Source of the DNA: Candidatus Eiseniibacteriota bacterium
GTDB taxonomy: Bacteria > Eisenbacteria > RBG-16-71-46 > JABDJR01 > JAWXBZ01
Direction: 5' to 3'
Assembly (NCBI GenBank): GCA_034440375.1
Contig: JAWXBZ010000027.1
Location: 1 to 24,052, forward strand
DNA: 24,052 nt
Of this stretch, positions 9,473 through 17,401 are shown one piece after another. Numbering within the stretch: the stretch's first letter is position 1; the number at the start of each line of letters is the position of its first letter. The notes under the pieces were generated by a model. The model had not been told where the DNA came from. It did not search any database and saw nothing but the letters and a program-made list of their open reading frames with translations. The translations under genes and the position numbers were made by a program.

Positions 9473-9519
9473 CGCGGGAATCTAACTCCTGCCGACCGAA
9501 GGCCGCCAGTCTTCCGCAG

Positions 9520-9957
9520 TCAGATGTCCGCAAGACCGTCGTCCAACCCGATGACCGGCAAACCCATTGCACGCGCGCATCGGCCCAGTTGGCGGTCGTG
9601 CGTTGCCAGCCGAATTGGCTCGCCCCGCCGGTCCCGCCAGTGAAGCGCCGACGCAAGGTGAACCGCGTCGAGCGTGGCAAGGGTCGTCGGGAAGGGGTTG
9701 GAGGCACGCTCGAGGATCTCGCGGCTCGGACGCATACTCGAAATCCCCCCAAGGCTGGTTATGACGCTGGCCCGGCTGGCCATGACGCCCCGATCGTCCA
9801 ACAGTCCCCGGAGGCGGGCCCGGTCCAGTGTCCGCAGGCACTCGACGCGGGTGAGAGCGCTCGTAACGCCGCTCTCGATCGAACCCCATTCGGGAAGCGG
9901 GTTGCCCTCGCAGAGGACGATCCGGAGAATCACCGAGGCATCTACGTACGTCGTCAC
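9520..9957 (-). CDS. vapC: PIN-domain toxin, VapC family
   Basis: YVDAS, VE, TLDAVHLASA and LATHDRQL acidic PIN motifs. GTGA overlap with the antitoxin stop. Confidence 0.92.
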   Translation of the reverse strand: MTTYVDASVILRIVLCEGNPLPEWGSIESGVTSALTRVECLRTLDRARLRGLLDDRGVMASRASVITSLGGISSMRPSREILERASNPFPTTLATLDAVHLASALHWRDRRGEPIRLATHDRQLGRCARAMGLPVIGLDDGLADI

Positions 9958-10238
9958 GAGTCCAGCCCGAAATCACGGTCGGCACGCTCCTCGGCGAGGA
10001 GCTCCAGGATATTGCCCGTGAATTCAATCGGCGGTGGCTTGGGAATGTCCCCGAGCGTGCGGTATTTGACTTTCGGCGGATCGACGATCAAATCATTCGG
10101 CAGCCCGTCGTGGTCGTACGGGACGATCTGCGCCACGGGCCGATCGCGGTCCATGACGATGACGGTTTCACCATTGCGGACTTTCTTCAGATGTTCGCTC
10201 AAGCGGGCCTTCAGGCCTGCAATGCCAATGCGGATCAT
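9954..10238 (-). CDS. Phd/YefM (prevent-host-death) family antitoxin
   Basis: MIRIGIAGLKARLSEHLKKVRNGETVIVMDRDRPVAQIVP...ILELLAEERADR. Start assigned to ATG 10238 rather than 10265. Confidence 0.9.
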   Translation of the reverse strand: MIRIGIAGLKARLSEHLKKVRNGETVIVMDRDRPVAQIVPYDHDGLPNDLIVDPPKVKYRTLGDIPKPPPIEFTGNILELLAEERADRDFGLDS

Positions 10239-10273
10239 GACTATATGATGACTACTGATAGTCATGAAGTCAA
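10235..10273 (-). promoter_or_regulatory. Toxin-antitoxin promoter and autoregulatory operator
   Basis: On -: TTGACT, 17 nt, CATCAT, 6 nt, ATG. A perfect 10-bp inverted repeat TCATGACTAT (10235-10244) / ATAGTCATGA (10258-10267) overlaps it, with a third ATGACTA half-site at 10248-10254. Confidence 0.8.
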
Positions 10274-10393
10274 GCGCCCGTGAGGGCCGGACGGCGGATG
10301 GGGATCGGACCCGGACCGGGCCAGTTCCGTGAACCCTCCGGCAGCGCCACCGATGAGTCGGGGAATGCCCATTCCTCTGCTAGTCTCTCCGTA

Positions 10394-11419
10394 ATGAAAA
10401 TTCTCTTCCTTGGCGGCACTCAGTTCGTCGGCCGACATCTCGCCACGATGGCCCGTGCGGCGGGACACGAATTGACACTCTTTCATCGCGGCAACACCAA
10501 CCCGGACCTGTTTCCAGAAATCGAGCACGTCCTCGGTGACCGCACCACCGATCTCGACCGGCTCGGCGGGCGGCACTGGGACCGGGTCATCGATCTGTGT
10601 GGCTATCTTCCGCGGATCGTGTCGATGTCGGCAGAGGCGTTGCGGCTGAATGCCGATCACTACACGTTCATTTCAAGCATCTCCGTGTATCGCGATCTGG
10701 ACCAGTCGCTCGAGCCGCTGGATGAGATGTGTCCGGTGATTGAATTGCCCGATCCGTCCGTCGAAACCATTACCGGCGACACCTATGGCGGGCTCAAGGC
10801 TCTCTGCGAAACCGCGGCGCGACAGGGCTTCGACCACACGCGTGTCCTGATCGTCCGGCCGGGGCTGATCGTGGGCCCCTGGGATCACACGGACCGCTTC
10901 ACCTACTGGTGCATGCGCGGTGCCGACGGAGGACGGATGGCCGTGCCCGGCTCGCCGAACCGGCACTTTCCGGTGATCGATGTGCGCGATATCGCCCCCT
11001 GGATACTGGCGATGGTCGACCGGGCTGGGAGCGGTGTCGTGAATCTCGGCGGGCCGTCGCAGGATGGCGGGCGCGGTAACGAGCACGGCCCACCACCGAC
11101 CTTCGAGGCCATGCTGGCGGCCATTCGCGAGGCTACCGGCGCGCCGACCGATCCGATCTGGATCCCTGTCCCTCAGATGGCGCGCCTCGGCATCAACGGG
11201 GATGAATTTCCACTCTGGAACCAGGTGGGGGACGGCAGCGAAGCCGGCTTCGACATCGACTCGGACCGGGCCTTCGGCACCGGCCTTACCCTGCGGCCAC
11301 TGGTCGACACGGTGCGTGACACGCTGGACTGGCGCCGCGCCGATCTCGCCGGGCAACCCCTCAAGGCGGGGCCGAGTCGGGAACGCGAGCAGGAGATTCT
11401 GGCGGCACTTGCGCGCTGA
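10394..11419 (+). CDS. NAD-dependent epimerase/dehydratase family atypical SDR (isoflavone-reductase-like)
   Basis: MKILFLGGTQFVGRH, LFHRG, GDR, FISSISVY, YGGLKALCE, RPGLIVGPWD.TDRFTYW, IDVRD. TGcTAGTCT lies 7 nt before ATG 10394. Confidence 0.9.
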   Translation: MKILFLGGTQFVGRHLATMARAAGHELTLFHRGNTNPDLFPEIEHVLGDRTTDLDRLGGRHWDRVIDLCGYLPRIVSMSAEALRLNADHYTFISSISVYRDLDQSLEPLDEMCPVIELPDPSVETITGDTYGGLKALCETAARQGFDHTRVLIVRPGLIVGPWDHTDRFTYWCMRGADGGRMAVPGSPNRHFPVIDVRDIAPWILAMVDRAGSGVVNLGGPSQDGGRGNEHGPPPTFEAMLAAIREATGAPTDPIWIPVPQMARLGINGDEFPLWNQVGDGSEAGFDIDSDRAFGTGLTLRPLVDTVRDTLDWRRADLAGQPLKAGPSREREQEILAALAR

Positions 11420-11595
11420 TCCATTCGGGACTAGCTTCATGACAACTCCCCTCAGGTTAAAGCTGGCGGCTCCCCATCCTCTTGGTGTTCCGGGGGACGC
11501 CACGATCACCACGGAGGGCCCCATGTCCCATCGTCCATCCCCGGCCGGCACCCTGGCCAGCCAATAGATACGTATGGTCCAGGGACCTTTCATCA

Positions 11596-11604
11596 TGCTA
11601 TCCT
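11596..11604 (+). promoter_or_regulatory. Extended -10 promoter (TGcTATCCT) of the downstream glycan operon
   Basis: 11 nt before ATG 11616, with no RBS. The duplicate upstream of 8821 reads TGcTATCCC. Confidence 0.5.
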
Positions 11605-11615
11605 GTTGACCGGCA

Positions 11616-13631
11616 ATGATATCCGTCATTATCGTCAATTTTCGGACGCCGGATGATCTCCTCCGGCTGATCGAGAGCCTCAAGGCCCATCCACCCGCCG
11701 GCCGGCCGCTCGAGATCCTCGTTGTCGATAATGCGTCCGGTGATGACAGCCCGGCCCGGCTCCGCGCCGCCCATCCCGATATCCGCCTGATTGAAAGCCC
11801 GACCAACCGTGGCTTTGCGGCCGGGGTCAACCTGGGCCTGGCTGCCGCGGCCGGCGACCATCTCCTGATACTCAACCCGGATATCATCGTTCATCCGGGG
11901 AGCATCGACGCCCTGGTCGACTTCATGGTCGCCCACCCGCAGGCGGGGCTCGTGGCAGCCAAACTCCTCAATCCGGACGGCACGCTTCAGCCGACCTGCC
12001 GCACCCGCTATACGTTCCGGACAATCTTATTGAGGCGCACGATCCTAGGAAGGCTCTTCCCGAATGATCGAACGCTGCGCGAACACCTGATGGTCGACTA
12101 CGACCATGTCACGCCGCGAAATGTCGACTGGGTGGCCGGGGCGTGCCTCCTGGTGCGGCGGGAGGCGCTGGAGGAAGTGGGGCCGATGGACGAACGCTAC
12201 TTCCTCTACTTCGAGGATGTGGACTGGTGCACGCGGATGCACCGGCGCGGGTGGGGCGTCTGGTACGTGCCGGACTCGGTCATGACTCACGGTTACCGAC
12301 GGGCCTCGGCCGGCGGCTTCAACCGGGCCACGCAGGCCCACGCGGAGAGCCTGCTCCGCTTTTGGGAGAAGTGGAGCGCCATACTCTATCTGGCGCGCCG
12401 CTACCGGGGTGTCCTGCGCAACGCGGTCTTCGTCGCGGTCGACCTGGTGGCGATCCTGGTGGCCTTCGCACTGGCCTACCAATTTCGCGAGTGGCTGGCC
12501 CCGGTGATGGACAAGCCGAACTTTCCGCTTTCGCACTACCAGACATTTCTCGTGACGACCCTGGTCGCCGCCAAGGCGGCCTTCGGTTTGAACGGGCTTT
12601 ACCGCGAGGAGGAACGGGGCGACTGGGTCGACACGCTCTTCGCCGCCGGCAAGGCCCTGCTGGCCACTTCGCTCTTTCTGCTCCTCACGACATTCATCCT
12701 CTATCCACCGGACAGTCGCCCGTACTCGCGCTTCATCATCGGGACCTTCTGGCTGCTGGCCATGGTGCTGGTCACGCTGGAGCGCCGCCTCCTCTATTCC
12801 CTGCTGGAGCGGGCGCGGACCGGCCGTTTGAACGTGAAGCGCGTGGCGCTGATCGGAAGCGATCCGTGGATCGACCGGATAGCCCGTGCGCTCCGCTCGG
12901 ATCCAACGCACGGATTTGAACCGATCCGGGTGACGCTGCCGCCAATCGATCGACCCGAGGCGCTGAAGGCCATGCTGGAGGACGAGCGGGTCAGCGATAT
13001 CGTGCTGTCGACGGAGGCGCTGCCGGTGGCGCCGGGCCTGGCCCGCGCTTTGGTCGAGCCATTGCAGCAGGCGGGAATCCGGGTTCACCTGTCAGGGCCC
13101 CTGTCGGACTTGATTGGCCGGGATGCCCGGGTCACGCCGCTGGCCGGTTTCTCGCTGCTGTCGCTCGATCGGGGGGGCGCGTGGGTCGGGAGTCGCGCCG
13201 CCCGGCGGGTCTTTGAATCGCTGGTGGCCATCCTCTTTCTGGCCGGGCAGGCACTGCCCGCCCTCCTGGCGGCCTTCGCGCTGCCCCTCACCGGCAGCCG
13301 CGGGCGGGTGGATGACGAAGGCCCAAGCTGGCAGGTTGAGGGGACAATGGCAAGTTTCGTGCGACGCCTGTCGCTCGATCGATTTCCGGGATGGTGGGCT
13401 GTCCTCCTGGGGCGACGGCGGCTTGTCGGAGGTCCGGCGGGGGGGCGGGGAGTCTTTGCGCAACCGGACATGGCCTTGACGACCGAAAGCGGGTATTCTC
13501 TACCCTGGTCGCCGGAACGGGATCTCAAGACGATCGTGCGCGACCTGCTGGCCCGACTGATCACCGGGAACGATACCCGGAACAGCCCGCCCCCACTGCT
13601 CGAGAGGAGTCCTCGATCGGCCCTTCGATAA
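11616..13631 (+). CDS. GT2 (WbbL/rhamnosyltransferase-like) fused to a WcaJ-like membrane region and a degenerate phosphoglycosyl transferase domain
   Basis: The N-terminus has ISVIIVNF, VVDNAS, NRGFAAGVN, LNPD, VAGACLL and DERYFLYFEDVDWC. Four TM helices follow, then Rossmann-like KRVALIG. The C-terminus has RRVFE..VA, FVRRLSLDRFPGWWAVLLG...LVG and WSPERDLKTI. Confidence 0.88.
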   Translation: MISVIIVNFRTPDDLLRLIESLKAHPPAGRPLEILVVDNASGDDSPARLRAAHPDIRLIESPTNRGFAAGVNLGLAAAAGDHLLILNPDIIVHPGSIDALVDFMVAHPQAGLVAAKLLNPDGTLQPTCRTRYTFRTILLRRTILGRLFPNDRTLREHLMVDYDHVTPRNVDWVAGACLLVRREALEEVGPMDERYFLYFEDVDWCTRMHRRGWGVWYVPDSVMTHGYRRASAGGFNRATQAHAESLLRFWEKWSAILYLARRYRGVLRNAVFVAVDLVAILVAFALAYQFREWLAPVMDKPNFPLSHYQTFLVTTLVAAKAAFGLNGLYREEERGDWVDTLFAAGKALLATSLFLLLTTFILYPPDSRPYSRFIIGTFWLLAMVLVTLERRLLYSLLERARTGRLNVKRVALIGSDPWIDRIARALRSDPTHGFEPIRVTLPPIDRPEALKAMLEDERVSDIVLSTEALPVAPGLARALVEPLQQAGIRVHLSGPLSDLIGRDARVTPLAGFSLLSLDRGGAWVGSRAARRVFESLVAILFLAGQALPALLAAFALPLTGSRGRVDDEGPSWQVEGTMASFVRRLSLDRFPGWWAVLLGRRRLVGGPAGGRGVFAQPDMALTTESGYSLPWSPERDLKTIVRDLLARLITGNDTRNSPPPLLERSPRSALR

Positions 13632-13698
13632 CGGAATCCGTCGTCCTTTCCGAGTGATGGACCCCGAGTCCCAAGCGTGTCGAGGAGGCCCCCGAGTG

Positions 13699-15882
13699 AT
13701 GACCCCGGCGTTCAACCGGCCTGAAGGCTTTTTTGCATTTCCCCTGATGATGCTGTCGCTGATCGTGTTGCTCCATCCCGGGTCACCCGCTCTGGCCCAG
13801 GAGTGGACGAGCTACGCGTATCCCAACGATGTTCGAGACATCACCCGGGTGGGCAGCACCCTCTGGATGGCCACGACCGGCGGCGCCCTCCGCTACGATC
13901 TCGACACCGAGACATTCGAACAGCTGACGCGCCGCGCTTCGGGGGGGCCACTGTCACAACTCCTTGTGTCGGCCACCTTCGATCCGGTTTCGGGGCTCCT
14001 CTTCTTCGGAACCGAGGATCTCGGGGTCAGCCAGTACGATCCGGTCGCCAATCGATGGGAACGGTTCGAGTTTCTTCCCGACAACCGGATCAACGGCATC
14101 TCGGCCCTCGATGGCGAGGTGCAGATCGCCACGCAGGCCGGCTTTGCCGTCCGCCGGTCGGTCAACCGCACCGACATCTGCAATGAGATCGATCGCGGTT
14201 GCTGCGGCCCCAATCCCGCCCAGTGCGATTTTCCCTCGTTCGACGTGCGCGACTGGGCTTCACCGGCAACGGACCGGCTGTGGGCCGCCACGGCCGCCGG
14301 CCCCGCGGAATTCGACGGCACCTCCTGGCGCGCGCGCTCCCATACCGGCTTGATGGATGCCAGGACGATCGAGGCCATCGATGGCCAGGTTTTCGCGGCC
14401 GGGCCGGGAACGAAGCAGCTCTTCCGCTGGAGTGCCGAATCGAGCAGATGGATCGACGCATCCTCGGGTCTGCGAACCCAGGGACTCGGCAACGCCGTTC
14501 GACTGGTTTCAACCGGCGGCTCGCTTTACCTCTGCTGCTCGTACGGCCTTTTTCGCTGGGCAAGTGATGCCTGGGTCGGAACCGGTCTCGAAGATCGCGA
14601 GGTCCGCTCCGTGGTGGGCGTCAACCGGCCGGACATCGACCTGGCGGCGGCGACAAGGGACGGCATCTTCCTGCGGCGGCTCCTCGGGCCCACGACCGGG
14701 TGGATTCAGAAGCTGGCCGTTGGTCCGCCTCAGAATATCGCCACGCAGGCGGTGGCCGGCGCACCGGATGGCACCCTCTGGATCGGCACCCTGGGCGGCG
14801 TGATGGCCCTGGACCCGGAGGGGGAGTGGCGCGGCGTGCGAAATGGCGGTCCGGATGGACTCTCACGTTTCGATCTATTCAGCATCTACGCCGCGCGTGA
14901 CAACAAGCTGTGGATCGGCAAGTGCTGCTGCCGCGAAATTCCGAATTGCCCGACGCAGTTCGTCGACACCGCAACAGAGGTGTCGCCGGCGCTTTCCGCC
15001 TATGACGGCTGGTCCATGAGCGAAGATGGCGCGGGGCGATTCTGGATCGGAAGCAACTCCACCGGCCTCGCGCTCCTCGGCGCCGATGGCACGCACCTGG
15101 TAGACGTGCCCCCTTCATCCGGGGGATTGACCTCACCGTCGGTGCGGGCGCTGGCCACCCGGAACAATGACGTCTGGATAGGGCACGAAGGGCGTGGGCT
15201 TCAGATCCTGCGCCACGGCGGCAATCCCACCAACACGGCCGGTTACCAGTGGAAGACATTTACGGCCGGGCAGATTCCCGACCCGGCCATTACGGCCATC
15301 GAATTGCGCGATCGCGATGCCTTTGTCCTGACGTCGTCCTCGCTGGTGCAATACACCGACGAGGTGCGCGTGCGGCAGTGGCCGTTGAACTTCGACGGCG
15401 AGCCGCGGCGCGGAAGCGGCCTGACGATCGACCGGCGCGGCAATCGCTGGGTCGGCACCTCGGCCGGCGTGCTCCTGATCAATCCCGCCGGGGAAACCTC
15501 GCTCCTGACCACGGGGAACTCCGACATCATTTCCGACGAGATCATCGACGTCGATCTCGATCCGAAGAGCGGCGATGTGCTCTTCGCCACGCGTATCGGC
15601 GTCAGCCGCTTGAAGCCCGGCGCGGGGCCGAAACCGGGCGGTGGCTCGGGGCGCTTTCTCTTCCCCAATCCATTCCGTCCGGATGGGAGCCTGCGGGTCA
15701 AGGTTGGGGGAGGAACGGCCGATAATGCCGAGGTGATGGATCTGGCCGGGCGGCCCATCGCCCGATTCGATCCGGCGGTCGGCTGGGATGGTACCGGGCA
15801 GGGCGGAGGCACCGTCGCTCCCGGCCTCTACCTCATCGTCCTCGATGGCGCCGATCCCCTTCGCCTGGCGGTATTGCGCTGA
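13699..15882 (+). CDS. PorZ-like secreted beta-propeller protein with a C-terminal T9SS-CTD/FlgD-Ig-like domain
   Basis: GAGGAGG RBS at 13682-13688 and a signal peptide ending ALA-QEW. Repeated blade motifs LWMATTGG, LFFGT, LWIGT, FWIGS, VWIG and RWVGT. IISDEIIDVDLDPKSGDVLFATRIG is followed by FPNPFRP...DLAGR..WDG...VAPGLYL. Confidence 0.8.
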   Translation: MTPAFNRPEGFFAFPLMMLSLIVLLHPGSPALAQEWTSYAYPNDVRDITRVGSTLWMATTGGALRYDLDTETFEQLTRRASGGPLSQLLVSATFDPVSGLLFFGTEDLGVSQYDPVANRWERFEFLPDNRINGISALDGEVQIATQAGFAVRRSVNRTDICNEIDRGCCGPNPAQCDFPSFDVRDWASPATDRLWAATAAGPAEFDGTSWRARSHTGLMDARTIEAIDGQVFAAGPGTKQLFRWSAESSRWIDASSGLRTQGLGNAVRLVSTGGSLYLCCSYGLFRWASDAWVGTGLEDREVRSVVGVNRPDIDLAAATRDGIFLRRLLGPTTGWIQKLAVGPPQNIATQAVAGAPDGTLWIGTLGGVMALDPEGEWRGVRNGGPDGLSRFDLFSIYAARDNKLWIGKCCCREIPNCPTQFVDTATEVSPALSAYDGWSMSEDGAGRFWIGSNSTGLALLGADGTHLVDVPPSSGGLTSPSVRALATRNNDVWIGHEGRGLQILRHGGNPTNTAGYQWKTFTAGQIPDPAITAIELRDRDAFVLTSSSLVQYTDEVRVRQWPLNFDGEPRRGSGLTIDRRGNRWVGTSAGVLLINPAGETSLLTTGNSDIISDEIIDVDLDPKSGDVLFATRIGVSRLKPGAGPKPGGGSGRFLFPNPFRPDGSLRVKVGGGTADNAEVMDLAGRPIARFDPAVGWDGTGQGGGTVAPGLYLIVLDGADPLRLAVLR

Positions 15883-15889
15883 AGCACGC

Positions 15890-17401
15890 ATGAACCCAAA
15901 AAATGTGACCCGCTTCCTCATCATCGGCGCCGGTGACGCCGGCCGCATGGCCGCGGACGAGATGCTCCGCCATGCCGAGAGCGGCCTCGTGCCGGTCGGC
16001 TTCATCGACGACGATTCGGCCAAGTTCGGCACGATGGTGGCTGGCCTGCCGGTCGTCGGGGATCGGAGCCGGATTCATGACGCCATCCAGAGTCTTGACG
16101 CCGACGAGATCCTGATCGCGCTCCCTTCGGCCAGCGGCGAAGCCGTCCGCGGCATCATTCGCTGGTGCGAAAGCGAGCGGGTCCGTTTCCGGGTCGTGCC
16201 GGGAATCTGGGAAATCATCCGTGGCGATGTTCGCCTGCAGCAGATCCGGCCCGTCCGGGCCGAGGACCTTCTGGGCCGGGAAACCGTCGAGCTCGACGTG
16301 GATCTGGTGCGCGGCGCTTACCATGGAAGGCGACTCCTCGTGACCGGCGCGGGCGGCTCGATCGGCTCGGAGATCTGCCGGCAGCTCCTCCTGGCCGAAC
16401 CTTCCGAACTGGTGCTGCTGGGCCGTGGCGAAAATTCGATCTTCGAGGCGGACCAGAGCTTCCGCGACCGCGCGGGCGTGGTCGTGGCGGCACCCACCGG
16501 CGCCCCGACGTCACTTGCCACCCGGATCGAAACCGTCATCGGCGACGTCCGCGACACGCCGCTGATCGAGCGGCTCTTCGAGCGTGTCAAGCCGCACGCC
16601 GTCTTTCACGCCGCGGCTCACAAGCATGTCTGGTTGATGGAGCAGAACCCGACCGAGGCCGTGGTCAACAATGTGCTGGCCACCGCCGACTTGATCGAGA
16701 CGGCCCTCGCGCACGGCGTCGAACGCCTGGTCCTGATCTCGACCGACAAGGCGGTGAATCCACGGGCCGTGATGGGAGCCACGAAGAGGCTGGCCGAAGT
16801 TCATCTGTTGCAGCGGGCGGGGACGCTGGCCACCGCAGGTGGCGCGACCCGGTTGATGGCCGTTCGATTCGGCAATGTTCTCGGCAGCCGCGGATCGGTT
16901 GTTCCAATCTTCCAGCGGCAGATCGGGCGCGGCGGCCCTGTCACCGTCAGTCACCCCGAAGCGGCCCGTTTCTTCATGACGATCCGCGAGGCGGCACTCC
17001 TGGTCATCGAGGCCGGCGCCATCGGCCAGGGCGGGGAAATCTTTGTCCTCGACATGGGCGAGCAGGTCCTGATCAGCGAGCTGGCACGCGATTTGATCAT
17101 TCTGTCCGGCCTGCGCCCGGACGTCGACGTGCCAATTGAGTTCACCGGATTGAAGCCGGGGGAAAAACTGCGGGAAGGATTGGTCCACGACTTTGAATCG
17201 CTGGCGGCCACGGATGTGGCCGGCATTCGCGTTACCAGTGGCCTGCCGCCGAATCAGCCGTTGATCGGCGGGGATGGCCTTGACACGCTCCGTCGGCTGG
17301 CCGGGCGCGGTGAGCGCGACGCTCTCCTCGAATGCATCGAGGCGCTTGTACCGGAGGCGAGGCTGACCCGGCATGCCCAGGGCGGCCCTCTCGCCCATTG
17401 A
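15890..17401 (+). CDS. CapD/PglF-like nucleoside-diphosphate sugar 4,6-dehydratase without the N-terminal membrane domain
   Basis: LIIGAGDAG, GFIDDD, EDLLGRE, VTGAGGSIGSEI, FHAAAHKHV, ISTDKAVNP..VMGATK, VRFGNVLGSRGSV, RFFMTI.EA, GLKPGEKL. Confidence 0.93.
   Translation: MNPKNVTRFLIIGAGDAGRMAADEMLRHAESGLVPVGFIDDDSAKFGTMVAGLPVVGDRSRIHDAIQSLDADEILIALPSASGEAVRGIIRWCESERVRFRVVPGIWEIIRGDVRLQQIRPVRAEDLLGRETVELDVDLVRGAYHGRRLLVTGAGGSIGSEICRQLLLAEPSELVLLGRGENSIFEADQSFRDRAGVVVAAPTGAPTSLATRIETVIGDVRDTPLIERLFERVKPHAVFHAAAHKHVWLMEQNPTEAVVNNVLATADLIETALAHGVERLVLISTDKAVNPRAVMGATKRLAEVHLLQRAGTLATAGGATRLMAVRFGNVLGSRGSVVPIFQRQIGRGGPVTVSHPEAARFFMTIREAALLVIEAGAIGQGGEIFVLDMGEQVLISELARDLIILSGLRPDVDVPIEFTGLKPGEKLREGLVHDFESLAATDVAGIRVTSGLPPNQPLIGGDGLDTLRRLAGRGERDALLECIEALVPEARLTRHAQGGPLAH

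Noticed and set aside
6465-11615. Accessory block as an IS, prophage or integron
   Set aside because: I saw no transposase, integrase, terminal inverted repeats, att sites or attC-like repeats.
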